A stretch of DNA of 64,000 bases from Blastocystis sp. Blastoise (GCA_039096225.1 JBBPEB010000017.1:984366-1048365), one strand, 5' to 3'; numbered from the stretch's first letter, positions 12,316 through 27,282 are shown. The notes: generated by a model not told the origin, from the sequence alone. A program made the numbers and translations.

Positions 12316-15300
12316 CAAGCGTTTCACGACTGGCTACGCCAGCCTACGCTTGAGTTTAGATAATTATTATCTCTCAATTGTTATATCTTACATTGAATTT
12401 TAAAAAATGAATATTTATTCTTATGTTTTTGTTATTCATTTCTGTTTTTATTTTTTTTTAGGATTAAAACTATTTCATATTTTATAAAATATTATTTCAA
12501 TTGCTTTTAATTGTTATCTTCTAATCTTAATTTTCAATTTAGTATTTTAAATAATTTAATTCATACATATTGATAATTCTTACTTAACATTCTATATGTT
12601 CTTGAGTATTATTTCCTTTTTTCTTTAATATTCTTTTTAGCCATTTTTATTATTGATTATATATATTTATTGTTTATCAATGATAATTAATTAACTCTTG
12701 TGTTTTATTTTTGATCTTATTTCTATTTCTATTTCTATTTCTATTTCTATTTCTATTTCTATTTCTATTTCTATTTCTATTTCTATTTCTATTTCTATTT
12801 CTATTTCTATTTCTATTTCTATTTCTATTTCTATTTCTATTTCTATTTCTATTTCTATTTCTATTTCTATTTCTATTTCTATTTCTATTTCTATTTCTAT
12901 TTCTATTTCTATTTCTATTTCTATTTCTATTTCTATTTCTATTTCTATTTCTATTTCTATTTCTATTTCTATTTCTATTTCTATTTCTATTTCTATTTCT
13001 ATTTCTATTTCTATTTCTATTTCTATTTCTATTTCTATTTAGTTTTTAGTTTTCAATATTAATTCACTTTTCTTTGTTATTTCATTTATAACTTTCTATG
13101 TATTTTATCAATTCATTTAGTTTTATAAATATTTAGTATTTTAAATAATATCAATATGATTATAAAATACTTTTTCTTTTAAAACATATTATTATCACTT
13201 ATACCCTACCTTTAAATATTTATGTTTTATTTGAATTAGTCTATATAATTATTATTGTGAGAAATAGCTTATTCTCTTGTCTAAAAAAACATTATATATT
13301 CTTTTTTATTCTTTTCATATATTGTTTTGTTTTATTTTTTAAAATATTATAATTTTGATATCTATTTGTTTTTTTATATTTTATCCTTTCCTTTTATATA
13401 TACTATTATATAAATATTTTAGAAATTTTATTATACAGCTTTTCTCAATTAATAAATGTTTAATTATATAAATAGTAATCATATCTTGATATTATTTGAT
13501 AAATATTATAATTTTTCTTTTATTATACTTATTTTAGTTTGAATTATTAATACAAAAGTACTCTTAATAATTAAAAGATATTTATTACTTTATATAATAA
13601 ACAAAAAAATTAGAGTCTTATTTTAATATTTATCATTAATAGAATCTATTCGTTTTAAGTAAAAGAGAATATTTATAGAGAAATTATCTTTTCATTATTT
13701 TAAATTAATTAATTCAAATTTAATTCAATTTTTATAGTGTTATCAAAATCATTCTAGAAATAAGAAATAAAAACTAAAATATAAAACAAAAATTACATTT
13801 CATTTCATAACTAAATAGATTTAAATACTTTGGAAACTTTACCTATTATACATACAATATAGCTTCTAAAACAAATAAGTTATCATAAAAAAACTCTAAA
13901 AGACTGAACGTTTTTAAATACATATACTCACTTTTATTTTAACTAATTTTATGCTAATATACACATGTATTGAATTTGTTATTTTAATTTGTAAAAAATA
14001 ACTTGAATCTCTTTTGTTTAAAGTCACAATTACAAAGAATGAGTTCTTTTGAAAGACAAAAAACATTCTTTAAACAATAATAATTTTGTATTTAGTAACA
14101 TAAAAACGTATTATACAGTTTTAGAAACAATTAAAATCTTTTTACCCATTTTAACACTCCTATCAAACAGTCAACCATGTTTAATTAAACTAATTTTTAA
14201 TATTTTATATTCTATAATAAGTCTATTTATTATTATTATAAAAAGTGACTTGAATCTCTTGACTTAACTATTGTAATTCTAAAAAAATAATTTTTTGAAC
14301 AACTTAAAATGTTTATTTATTGTAGATTTTAATATGAAACACTCTAAAAACACTCAATATATACTTATTGTAACCATTTTAGAAAAATAGACTCATTTTA
14401 ACAATTTGGTCAAACACACAACCACCTTTATTTCAAACAATTCTTTTATTATTATAAATATTAAACACTCTAATACTCATTTTTATAAAAAGTGTATTGA
14501 ATCTCTTCACTTAAGACAGTCAAACAGACAATTCAAAATTATTTTACCCTTTAAACTCATTATAAAGTGATAATATTTATAGAATTGCTTTGATATGTGG
14601 TTTAGGACATATTTAACTACTTTTTTCAAAATTATGAGTCAACATGTGCATATATATACACTCGTCTAACTTATTTTTGACTAATTTTTTAAGAAATGCA
14701 ATACATATAAGGTCTAGTTTTCAAATATATAAAAATTATTTGTCAAATATGAATTTGATTTGTCAACTTTCAGAAAATTTTTAGAAAAATGATTTTTCAA
14801 TTTTCAGTTTTTTAACATGTTATACTATTGACTCTACTGAACTCATTTCTTAATTAATTTTAAATGTTAAAATTTATATCGTTAATATATTTTATTCTCT
14901 ATATTTATTTGTTAAAATTATAATAAATAATTAAATATTGACTGAGAAATTAATGTTATAAAGTATACCCTTTTTTCAAAAATTAATTTTTTTATGTTTT
15001 GCATATATAATTTTTTATCTCAAAAGTTATTTTATATTTTGATAATATTTTTATAAATATATAAACTATAGGTTGTCTAGTTTATAAATAAGTTTTATTT
15101 ATTTTATTTAAATTAATATTGATGGAGAAATTGTCAAAATAAACTATAGTATCCAAAATGCTTTCTTCTTTTTAAACGACTTATTTCACTAATTAAAGAC
15201 AATTAAAAACAAATTTATTTATTTTAAGCTTATTTATGACATATACAACTCATAAAGACTCATAACTAACTTTTTAAGACAAACATTGTCTGTATCAGTT

Positions 15301-16584
15301 CAACATGTTGTCTTAACTTTTTCAAATAAGTGATATATAGTATCCATGAGTGGTTCTAAACACATATTAAAACGTTTTAAGAGTTTATTGAGTTGACATT
15401 GTCTGGTGATCTGTTGTTAAAGTCTTTTAAAAACAAAATAAAATTGTAAAATATGTTTATTTTGGTATGTAGTTTTTAAATATAGAGTCAAATGTCAAAT
15501 ATATTAATTATTGATGAAAATATAAACAAAAAACAAATGAAAACTTTTTAAGAAGATTTTTTGAAAGTCATTTTTTATTGAGTTCAACTATTGACTCTTG
15601 TCACCTGAGTTTTCAATTAATTAAAAAAATGAAAAACATATATCTGCTATGACATGTCTAGTTTCTAAATATGTTCTAACTTTTTTATTTTATTAAGAAT
15701 TGATTGAGAAATCACAATAACAAACTATACCCTTTTTTGAAAATTTTCATTTTTATGTTTTTCATATAAATGAATGTTTCTCAGTCAATATTAAATATTT
15801 AGATAAAATAAAAAATATGTATCTGCAATAGCTTATCTTAATTATAATTATACTTTTATTTTTAAAAAATACCCAAAACTCAAGGAGAAAGATGAATAAC
15901 AAACTATACTATCCAAACATCAAAATTTCTATTATCAAATATTTTCTTATTAAAACATATTATTAAAATATAAAACATATTTATGACGGATACAGAGTTA
16001 AATAAATACATTAAAGCTCAAATAAGTTTATAAAGAAGGAATGTGTCGGATATCAGTTTGACTTTTGTTGTTATTTAAAGGAATTATTGTGGTTTCAGAG
16101 TAGTTGAGGTCAGTATCATAACAACTGAAACCATTTTAGAGTTTAAAGTTAGTAATGTGTGTATTGATATGTTGTCAAGTTGTAAATATAAACTAATTCA
16201 CCAGTCAAAACTATTTATAAGACTAACCCGTCAATAAAAGTCAATTTTATAAAAATAAATATAAAGAATGTAAGTAGATATAGGAAAAATAAGAAAACAA
16301 TAAAAAATGAAAAACGAAAAATAAGTGTTTTTATAAAAATGAAAAATATTGGATAAAATAAAAATAATCCAATAATTTTGGTTAAAATTTTGTGCGAAAA
16401 TGGTTTTTTCCGTTTTTTAGCCAGAAATTTAGAGTTTTCGAAAATAAAATTTAACAGTCATTTTTAGAATTGTGTTCCGGTTTTTATGATGTTATTTTTA
16501 TTTTATAAAAGTTAATAACAAAGTCAATAATGGTGAAAGTGTGTGAGACACCGTACGCTACATGAACTAAATTAAGGATATTAA
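12316..16584 (-). mobile_element. Non-autonomous Helitron-like (rolling-circle-type) element, long variant, inserted in the (TA)n of the 5S spacer
   Basis: Interrupts the spacer between A and T. Minus strand begins TTAATATCCTTAATTTAG and ends CTGGC-GTA-GCCAG hairpin + 10 nt + CTTG. No TIRs and no long ORF. Homologous to 17038-19998. Confidence 0.7.
12719..13040. repeat. (ATTTCT)n hexamer microsatellite, ~53 units, inside the element
   Basis: Perfect tandem run read directly. Confidence 0.95.
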
Positions 16585-16784
16585 TATATATATATATATA
16601 TATTAATATTAATATTTATTAAGGTTAGAATTTAAATTAAATATAAAATTATTGTTAGGGTTAGGGTTAATATAAAATAAGGGTTAAATTTTGAATATAA
16701 AATAGGTTAGGGGTTTAGTGGTTAGGGTTAAGGTTAATATAAAATAATTTATGGGTTAGATTTTTAATATAAAAAAATTTATAA

Positions 16785-16815
<31 letters not shown>

Positions 16816-16980
16816 AAAAAATTGAATAAATGAATATAAATGAATATAAATAAAATAATAAAAAAAAAGTAATAGAATAATTTATAATAAAAAGAATAAT
16901 AGAATAAAATAGAATAATAATAAAAAGAATAATAATAGAATAATAATAAAAATAAAAATGATAAAATAATAATAATAATA

Positions 16981-17037
<57 letters not shown>

Positions 17038-17040
<3 letters not shown>

Positions 17041-19993
17041 GCGTTTCACGACTGGCTACGCCAGCCTACGCTTGAATCTAAATAAAAAAAAAAATAGTTT
17101 GTAAAAAAATGTCTTTTCATTATTTTAAATTATTAATTCAAATTTAATAATATCATTAATGACTATTTCATTAAATAAAACTAAAAATTAAAATATAAAA
17201 CAAAAATTAAACTACATTCAAAAATAAATATATTTAAATACTTTGGAAACTTTTATTATTGTACATAATATATAGTTTATAAAACAAATAAGTTATTTTT
17301 AAAAAACTCTAAAAGACTTTAACGTTTTTAAATCACATATCCACTTTTATTTTAACTAATTTAAATATTCATATACACATATATTTAATTTGCTATTTTA
17401 ATTTGTAAAGAATAACTTGAATCTCTTTTATTTAAAGTCACAATTACAAAAAATGAGTTCTTTTGAAAGATAAAAAACATTCTTTAAACAATAATATTCT
17501 TTTATTTAGTGGAGAATAAACGTATTATACGGTTTTAGAAACAATTAAAATCTTTTTACCCATTTTAACATTCATATCAAACAATCAACCACATTTAATT
17601 AAACTAATTTTTAATATTTTATATTCTATAATAAGTCTATTTATTATTTTAATAAAAAGTGACCTGAATCTCTTGACTTAACTATTGTAATTCTAAAGAA
17701 TCAATTTTTTTGAACAACTTAAAATGTTTATTTATTGTAGATTTTAATATAAAACACTTAAAAAACACTCTATACATACTTATTACAACCATTTTCAAAA
17801 AATAGACTCATTTTAACATTTTGGTCAAACACATAACCACCTTTATTTCAAACAATTCTTTTATTATTATAAACATTACACACTCTAATACTCATTTTTA
17901 TAAAAAGTGACTTGAATCTCTTCACTTAAGACAGTCAAACAGACAATTCAAAACTATTTTACCCTTTAACTTCATTATAAAGTGATAATATTTACAGAAT
18001 TGCCCTAATATATGATTTAGGCCACATTTAACTACTTTTTACAAAATTATGAGTCAACATGTTATATACTTACACACTCGTCATACTTATTTTTGACTAT
18101 TTTTTTGAGAAATGCAATACATATAAGGTCTAGTTATCAAATATGTAAAAATTAATTGTCAAATATGAATTTGATTTGTCAACTTTCAGAAAATTTTTAG
18201 AAAAACGATTTTTCAATTTTCAGTTTTTTAACATGTTATACTATTGACTCTACTGAACTCATTTTTTTATTAATTTTAAATATTAAAAATAATATTATTA
18301 ATATGTGTTATTCTCTATATTTATTTGTTAAAATTATAATAAATAATAAAATATTGACTGAGAAATTAAAACGATAAGCTATACCCTTTTTTCAAAAAAA
18401 ATAATTTTTATGTTTTGCATATATAATTTTTTATCTCAAAAGTTATTTTATATTTTGATAATATTTTTATAAATTTATAAACTATAGTTTGTCTAGTTTA
18501 TAAATAAGTTTTATTTATTTTTTAAAAATTAATATTGATGGAGGAATTGTCAAAATAAACTATAGTATCAAAAATGTTTTCTTTTTTTAAACGATTTATT
18601 TCACTAATTAAAGACAATTAAAAACATATTTATTTATTTAAAGCATATTTATGACATTTACAACTCATAATGACTCATAACTGACTTTTTAAAACAAACA
18701 TTGTCTGTATCAGTTCAACATGTTGTCCTAACTTTTTCAAATAAGTCACATTCAATGTCCATAAATGATTTTAAACACAAATTAAAACGTTTTAAGAGTT
18801 TATTGAGTTAACATTGTCTGGTGATCTGTTGTCACAGTCTTTTAAAAACCATAAAAAATTATAAAATATGTTTATTTTGGTATGTTGTTATTAAATATGA
18901 AGTCAAATATCAAATATATTTATAAATGATGAAATTATTGACAACAAACAAATGAAAAATTTTTGAGATAAATTTCAAAAGTCATTTTTTTATTGAGTTC
19001 AACTCTTGTCTCCTGTGACTTCATTTTTTAATATTTTAAAAAAGTGACAAAAACGGATGACATTTAAGTTTTGTAATATCTAAATAAGCTTTAACTTTTT
19101 TATTTTATAAAATATTGACTGAGATCTAGTGATCACAAAATATACCCTTTTTAGAAATTTTTCATTTTTATGTTTTTGATATAAATTAATATATCTCAGT
19201 CAATATTAAATATTAAACAAAAATATAAAAAATGGATGACATTTAAGTTGTCCAGTTTACAAATATGTTTTTACTTTTATTATATGTTGAATATTGACAG
19301 AGATCTTGTGATCACAAAATTGGGTGTCAAAGATGAAAAATTTTTAAAGCAAATATTTCTCTTTTAATAGATATTACAAAAATATAAAACATGTTTATGA
19401 CGGATATAGAGTTAGATAAATACATTAAAGCTCAAATAAGTTTATAAAGAAGGAATGTGTTGGATATCAGTTTGTCTTTTGTCGTTATTTAAAGGAATTA
19501 TTGTTGTTTCAGAGTAGTTGAGGTCATTGTCATGACAATCGAAACCATTTTAGAGTTTATGGTTAGTGATGTGTATATTGATATGTTGTCAAGTTGTAAA
19601 TATAAACAAATCTACCCGTCAAAACTATTTATAAGACCAACCCGTCAATAAAAGTTAATTTTATAAAAATAAATATAGAGTATGTGAAGTGATATAGGAA
19701 AAAATATAAAACAATAAAAAATGAAAAACGAAAAATAAGTGTTTTTATAAAAATGAAGAATATTGGATAAAATAAAAATAATCCAATAATTTTGGTTAAA
19801 ATTTTGTGCGAAAATGGTTTTTTGCGTTTTTTAGCCAGAAATTTAGAGTTTTTGAAAAATTTCTTTAACAGTCATTTTCAGAATTGTGTTCCGGTTTTTA
19901 TGATGTTATTTTTATTTTATAAAAGTTAATAACAAAGTCAATAATAGTTAAAGTGTGTGAGACACCGTACTTTTGGGCTGCTAAATTAAGGAT

Positions 19994-19998
<5 letters not shown>
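17038..19998 (-). mobile_element. Non-autonomous Helitron-like element, short variant, inserted in the (AAT)n of the 5S spacer
   Basis: Same 37-bp end (CAAGCGTTTCACGACTGGCTACGCCAGCCTACGCTTG on +) and same opposite end (..CTAAATTAAGGATATTAA). The flanks rejoin into a continuous (AAT)n. Confidence 0.7.
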
Positions 19999-20045
<47 letters not shown>

Positions 20046-20087
20046 GAATATAATAGTATAATAATAAAATAATAATAAATATATCTT

Positions 20088-20206
20088 GAGAACGGCCATA
20101 TCAAGTGGACAACGCCCTAACCCGTCTGATCTAGGAAGCTAAGCCACTTCGAGCTAGGATAGTAGCGGTGTGGGGGACTCGCCGTGAAGTCCTAGTGCTG
20201 TTCTTT
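20088..20206 (+). rRNA. 5S rRNA (copy 8)
   Basis: Same sequence as copy 1. Confidence 0.95.
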
Positions 20207-20650
20207 TTTTATTTTTTATTTATTTTTTTATTCTTTTTATTTATTTATTATTCTTTTTATTATTAATATATTTATTATTATTATTATTAAATAACATTTT
20301 ATTTATATATTATTATTATAAAAGAAAATTTTATTTAATTTTTTATTTTTTTTTTTTTCTCTCTTTCTTTTTTATTATTATTGTTTTGTAAACATATTAA
20401 ATATTATGAATAATAGAATAATAATATTTGATAAAATAAAATAATTTAATTATATATATATATATATATTAATATTAATATTTATTAAGGTTAGAATTTA
20501 AATTAAATATAAAATTATTGTTAGGGTTAGGGTTAATATAAAATAAGGGTTAAATTTTGAATATAAAATAGGTTAGGGGTTTAGTGGTTAGGGTTAAGGT
20601 TAATATAAAATAATTTATGGGTTAGATTTTTAATATAAAAAAATTTATAA

Positions 20651-20681
<31 letters not shown>

Positions 20682-20846
20682 AAAAAATTGAATAAATGAA
20701 TATAAATGAATATAAATAAAATAATAAAAAAAAAGTAATAGAATAATTTATAATAAAAAGAATAATAGAATAAAATAGAATAATAATAAAAAGAATAATA
20801 ATAGAATAATAATAAAAATAAAAATGATAAAATAATAATAATAATA

Positions 20847-20903
<57 letters not shown>

Positions 20904-20906
<3 letters not shown>

Positions 20907-23862
20907 GCGTTTCACGACTGGCTACGCCAGCCTACGCTTGAATCTAAATAAAAAAAAAAAATAGTTTGTAAAAAAATGTCTTTTCATTATTTTAAATTAT
21001 TAATTCAAATTTAATAATATCATTAATGACTATTTCATTAAATAAAACTAAAAATTAAAATATAAAACAAAAATTAAACTACATTCAAAAATAAATATAT
21101 TTAAATACTTTGGAAACTTTTATTATTGTACATAATATATAGTTTATAAAACAAATAAGTTATTTTTAAAAAACTCTAAAAGACTTTAACGTTTTTAAAT
21201 CACATATCCACTTTTATTTTAACTAATTTAAATATTCATATACACATATATTTAATTTGCTATTTTAATTTGTAAAGAATAACTTGAATCTCTTTTATTT
21301 AAAGTCACAATTACAAAAAAATGAGTTCTTTTGAAAGATAAAAAACATTCTTTAAACAATAATATTCTTTTATTTAGTGGAGAATAAACGTATTATACGG
21401 TTTTAGAAACAATTAAAATCTTTTTACCCATTTTAACATTCATATCAAACAATCAACCACATTTAATTAAACTAATTTTTAATATTTTATATTCTATAAT
21501 AAGTCTATTTATTATTTTAATAAAAAGTGACCTGAATCTCTTGACTTAACTATTGTAATTCTAAAGAATCAATTTTTTTGAACAACTTAAAATGTTTATT
21601 TATTGTAGATTTTAATATAAAACACTTAAAAAACACTCTATACATACTTATTACAACCATTTTCAAAAAATAGACTCATTTTAACATTTTGGTCAAACAC
21701 ATAACCACCTTTATTTCAAACAATTCTTTTATTATTATAAACATTACACACTCTAATACTCATTTTTATAAAAAGTGACTTGAATCTCTTCACTTAAGAC
21801 AGTCAAACAGACAATTCAAAACTATTTTACCCTTTAACTTCATTATAAAGTGATAATATTTACAGAATTGCCCTAATATATGATTTAGGCCACATTTAAC
21901 TACTTTTTACAAAATTATGAGTCAACATGTGCATATACTTACACACTCGTCATACTTATTTTTGACTATTTTTTTGAGAAATGCAATACATATAAGGTCT
22001 AGTTATCAAATATGTAAAAATTAATTGTCAAATATGAATTTGATTTGTCAACTTTCAGAAAATTTTTAGAAAAACGATTTTTCAATTTTCAGTTTTTTAA
22101 CATGTTATACTATTGACTCTACTGAACTCATTTTTTTATTAATTTTAAATATTAAAAATAATATTATTAATATGTGTTATTCTCTATATTTATTTGTTAA
22201 AATTATAATAAATAATAAAATATTGACTGAGAAATTAAAACGATAAGCTATACCCTTTTTTCAAAAAAAATAATTTTTATGTTTTGCATATATAATTTTT
22301 TATCTCAAAAGTTATTTTATATTTTGATAATATTTTTATAAATTTATAAACTATAGTTTGTCTAGTTTATAAATAAGTTTTATTTATTTTTTAAAAATTA
22401 ATATTGATGGAGGAATTGTCAAAATAAACTATAGTATCAAAAATGTTTTCTTTTTTTAAACGATTTATTTCACTAATTAAAGACAATTAAAAACATATTT
22501 ATTTATTTAAAGCATATTTATGACATTTACAACTCATAATGACTCATAACTGACTTTTTAAAACAAACATTGTCTGTATCAGTTCAACATGTTGTCCTAA
22601 CTTTTTCAAATAAGTCACATTCAATGTCCATAAATGATTTTAAACACAAATTAAAACGTTTTAAGAGTTTATTGAGTTAACATTGTCTGGTGATCTGTTG
22701 TCACAGTCTTTTAAAAACCATAAAAAATTATAAAATATGTTTATTTTGGTATGTTGTTATTAAATATGAAGTCAAATATCAAATATATTTATAAATGATG
22801 AAATTATTGACAACAAACAAATGAAAAATTTTTGAGATAAATTTCAAAAGTCATTTTTTTATTGAGTTCAACTCTTGTCTCCTGTGACTTCATTTTTTAA
22901 TATTTTAAAAAAGTGACAAAAACGGATGACATTTAAGTTTTGTAATATCTAAATAAGCTTTAACTTTTTTATTTTATAAAATATTGACTGAGATCTAGTG
23001 ATCACAAAATATACCCTTTTTAGAAATTTTTCATTTTTATGTTTTTGATATAAATTAATATATCTCAGTCAATATTAAATATTAAACAAAAATATAAAAA
23101 ATGGATGACATTTAAGTTGTCCAGTTTACAAATATGTTTTTACTTTTATTATATGTTGAATATTGACAGAGATCTTGTGATCACAAAATTGGGTGTCAAA
23201 GATGAAAAATTTTTAAAGCAAATATTTCTCTTTTAATAGATATTACAAAAATATAAAACATGTTTATGACGGATATAGAGTTAGATAAATACATTAAAGC
23301 TCAAATAAGTTTATAAAGAAGGAATGTGTTGGATATCAGTTTGTCTTTTGTCGTTATTTAAAGGAATTATTGTTGTTTCAGAGTAGTTGAGGTCATTGTC
23401 ATGACAATCGAAACCATTTTAGAGTTTATGGTTAGTGATGTGTGTATTGATATGTTGTCAAGTTGTAAATATAAACAAATCTACCCGTCAAAACTATTTA
23501 TAAGACCAACCCGTCAATAAAAGTTAATTTTATAAAAATAAATATAGAGTATGTGAAGTGATATAGGAAAAAATATAAAACAATAAAAAATGAAAAACGA
23601 AAAATAAGTGTTTTTATAAAAATGAAGAATATTGGATAAAATAAAAATAATCCAATAATTTTGGTTAAAATTTTGTGCGAAAATGGTTTTTTGCGTTTTT
23701 TAGCCAGAAATTTAGAGTTTTTGAAAAATTTCTTTAACAGTCATTTTCAGAATTGTGTTCCGGTTTTTATGATGTTATTTTTATTTTATAAAAGTTAATA
23801 ACAAAGTCAATAATAGTTAAAGTGTGTGAGACACCGTACTTTTGGGCTGCTAAATTAAGGAT

Positions 23863-23867
<5 letters not shown>
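20904..23867 (-). mobile_element. Non-autonomous Helitron-like element, short variant, second copy (co-duplicated with a 5S unit)
   Basis: Near-identical to 17038-19998 and at the equivalent spacer position; period ~3.87 kb. Confidence 0.7.
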
Positions 23868-23914
<47 letters not shown>

Positions 23915-23956
23915 GAATATAATAGTATAATAATAAAATAATAATAAATATATCTT

Positions 23957-24075
23957 GAGAACGGCCATATCAAGTGGACAACGCCCTAACCCGTCTGATC
24001 TAGGAAGCTAAGCCACTTCGAGCTAGGATAGTAGCGGTGTGGGGGACTCGCCGTGAAGTCCTAGTGCTGTTCTTT
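23957..24075 (+). rRNA. 5S rRNA (copy 9)
   Basis: Same sequence as copy 1. Confidence 0.95.
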
Positions 24076-24521
24076 TTTTATTTTTTATTTATTTTTTTAT
24101 TCTTTTTATTTATTTATTATTCTTTTTATTATTAATATATTTATTATTATTATTATTAAATAACATTTTATTTATATATTATTATTATAAAAGAAAATTT
24201 TATTTAATTTTTTATTTTTATTTTTTTTTCTCTCTTTCTTTTTTATTATTATTGTTTTGTAAACATATTAAATATTATGAATAATAGAATAATAATATTT
24301 GATAAAATAAAATAATTTAATTATATATATATATATATATTAATATTAATATTTATTAAGGTTAGAATTTAAATTAAATATAAAATTATTGTTAGGGTTA
24401 GGGTTAATATAAAATAAGGGTTAAATTTTGAATATAAAATAGGTTAGGGGTTTAGTGGTTAGGGTTAAGGTTAATATAAAATAATTTATGGGTTAGATTT
24501 TTAATATAAAAAAATTTATAA

Positions 24522-24552
<31 letters not shown>

Positions 24553-24717
24553 AAAAAATTGAATAAATGAATATAAATGAATATAAATAAAATAATAAAA
24601 AAAAAGTAATAGAATAATTTATAATAAAAAGAATAATAGAATAAAATAGAATAATAATAAAAAGAATAATAATAGAATAATAATAAAAATAAAAATGATA
24701 AAATAATAATAATAATA

Positions 24718-24824
<107 letters not shown>

Positions 24825-24866
24825 GAATATAATAGTATAATAATAAAATAATAATAAATATATCTT

Positions 24867-24985
24867 GAGAACGGCCATATCAAGTGGACAACGCCCTAAC
24901 CCGTCTGATCTAGGAAGCTAAGCCACTTCGAGCTAGGATAGTAGCGGTGTGGGGGACTCGCCGTGAAGTCCTAGTGCTGTTCTTT
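24867..24985 (+). rRNA. 5S rRNA (copy 10)
   Basis: Same sequence as copy 1. Confidence 0.95.
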
Positions 24986-25431
24986 TTTTATTTTTTATTT
25001 ATTTTTTTATTCTTTTTATTTATTTATTATTCTTTTTATTATTAATATATTTATTATTATTATTATTAAATAACATTTTATTTATATATTATTATTATAA
25101 AAGAAAATTTTATTTAATTTTTTATTTTTATTTTTTTTTCTCTCTTTCTTTTTTATTATTATTGTTTTGTAAACATATTAAATATTATGAATAATAGAAT
25201 AATAATATTTGATAAAATAAAATAATTTAATTATATATATATATATATATTAATATTAATATTTATTAAGGTTAGAATTTAAATTAAATATAAAATTATT
25301 GTTAGGGTTAGGGTTAATATAAAATAAGGGTTAAATTTTGAATATAAAATAGGTTAGGGGTTTAGTGGTTAGGGTTAAGGTTAATATAAAATAATTTATG
25401 GGTTAGATTTTTAATATAAAAAAATTTATAA

Positions 25432-25462
<31 letters not shown>

Positions 25463-25627
25463 AAAAAATTGAATAAATGAATATAAATGAATATAAATAA
25501 AATAATAAAAAAAAAGTAATAGAATAATTTATAATAAAAAGAATAATAGAATAAAATAGAATAATAATAAAAAGAATAATAATAGAATAATAATAAAAAT
25601 AAAAATGATAAAATAATAATAATAATA

Positions 25628-25734
<107 letters not shown>

Positions 25735-25776
25735 GAATATAATAGTATAATAATAAAATAATAATAAATATATCTT

Positions 25777-25895
25777 GAGAACGGCCATATCAAGTGGACA
25801 ACGCCCTAACCCGTCTGATCTAGGAAGCTAAGCCACTTCGAGCTAGGATAGTAGCGGTGTGGGGGACTCGCCGTGAAGTCCTAGTGCTGTTCTTT
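25777..25895 (+). rRNA. 5S rRNA (copy 11)
   Basis: Same sequence as copy 1. Confidence 0.95.
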
Positions 25896-26341
25896 TTTTA
25901 TTTTTTATTTATTTTTTTATTCTTTTTATTTATTTATTATTCTTTTTATTATTAATATATTTATTATTATTATTATTAAATAACATTTTATTTATATATT
26001 ATTATTATAAAAGAAAATTTTATTTAATTTTTTATTTTTTTATTTTTTTCTCTCTTTCTTTTTTATTATTATTGTTTTGTAAACATATTAAATATTATGA
26101 ATAATAGAATAATAATATTTGATAAAATAAAATAATTTAATTATATATATATATATATATTAATATTAATATTTATTAAGGTTAGAATTTAAATTAAATA
26201 TAAAATTATTGTTAGGGTTAGGGTTAATATAAAATAAGGGTTAAATTTTGAATATAAAATAGGTTAGGGGTTTAGTGGTTAGGGTTAAGGTTAATATAAA
26301 ATAATTTATGGGTTAGATTTTTAATATAAAAAAATTTATAA

Positions 26342-26372
<31 letters not shown>

Positions 26373-26537
26373 AAAAAATTGAATAAATGAATATAAATGA
26401 ATATAAATAAAATAATAAAAAAAAAGTAATAGAATAATTTATAATAAAAAGAATAATAGAATAAAATAGAATAATAATAAAAAGAATAATAATAGAATAA
26501 TAATAAAAATAAAAATGATAAAATAATAATAATAATA

Positions 26538-26644
<107 letters not shown>

Positions 26645-26686
26645 GAATATAATAGTATAATAATAAAATAATAATAAATATATCTT

Positions 26687-26805
26687 GAGAACGGCCATAT
26701 CAAGTGGACAACGCCCTAACCCGTCTGATCTAGGAAGCTAAGCCACTTCGAGCTAGGATAGTAGCGGTGTGGGGGACTCGCCGTGAAGTCCTAGTGCTGT
26801 TCTTT
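26687..26805 (+). rRNA. 5S rRNA (copy 12)
   Basis: Same sequence as copy 1. Confidence 0.95.
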
Positions 26806-27251
26806 TTTTATTTTTTATTTATTTTTTTATTCTTTTTATTTATTTATTATTCTTTTTATTATTAATATATTTATTATTATTATTATTAAATAACATTTTA
26901 TTTATATATTATTATTATAAAAGAAAATTTTATTTAATTTTTTATTTTTATTTTTTTTTCTCTCTTTCTTTTTTATTATTATTGTTTTGTAAACATATTA
27001 AATATTATGAATAATAGAATAATAATATTTGATAAAATAAAATAATTTAATTATATATATATATATATATTAATATTAATATTTATTAAGGTTAGAATTT
27101 AAATTAAATATAAAATTATTGTTAGGGTTAGGGTTAATATAAAATAAGGGTTAAATTTTGAATATAAAATAGGTTAGGGGTTTAGTGGTTAGGGTTAAGG
27201 TTAATATAAAATAATTTATGGGTTAGATTTTTAATATAAAAAAATTTATAA

Positions 27252-27282
<31 letters not shown>

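Noticed and set aside
12698-13049. ORFs with (IS)n and (FL)n
   Set aside because: Artefacts of the (ATTTCT)n microsatellite.
12316-23867. Insertions as TIR/MITE or LTR elements
   Set aside because: The two ends are neither inverted nor direct repeats of each other. A short TSD cannot be excluded inside microsatellites, but none is required.
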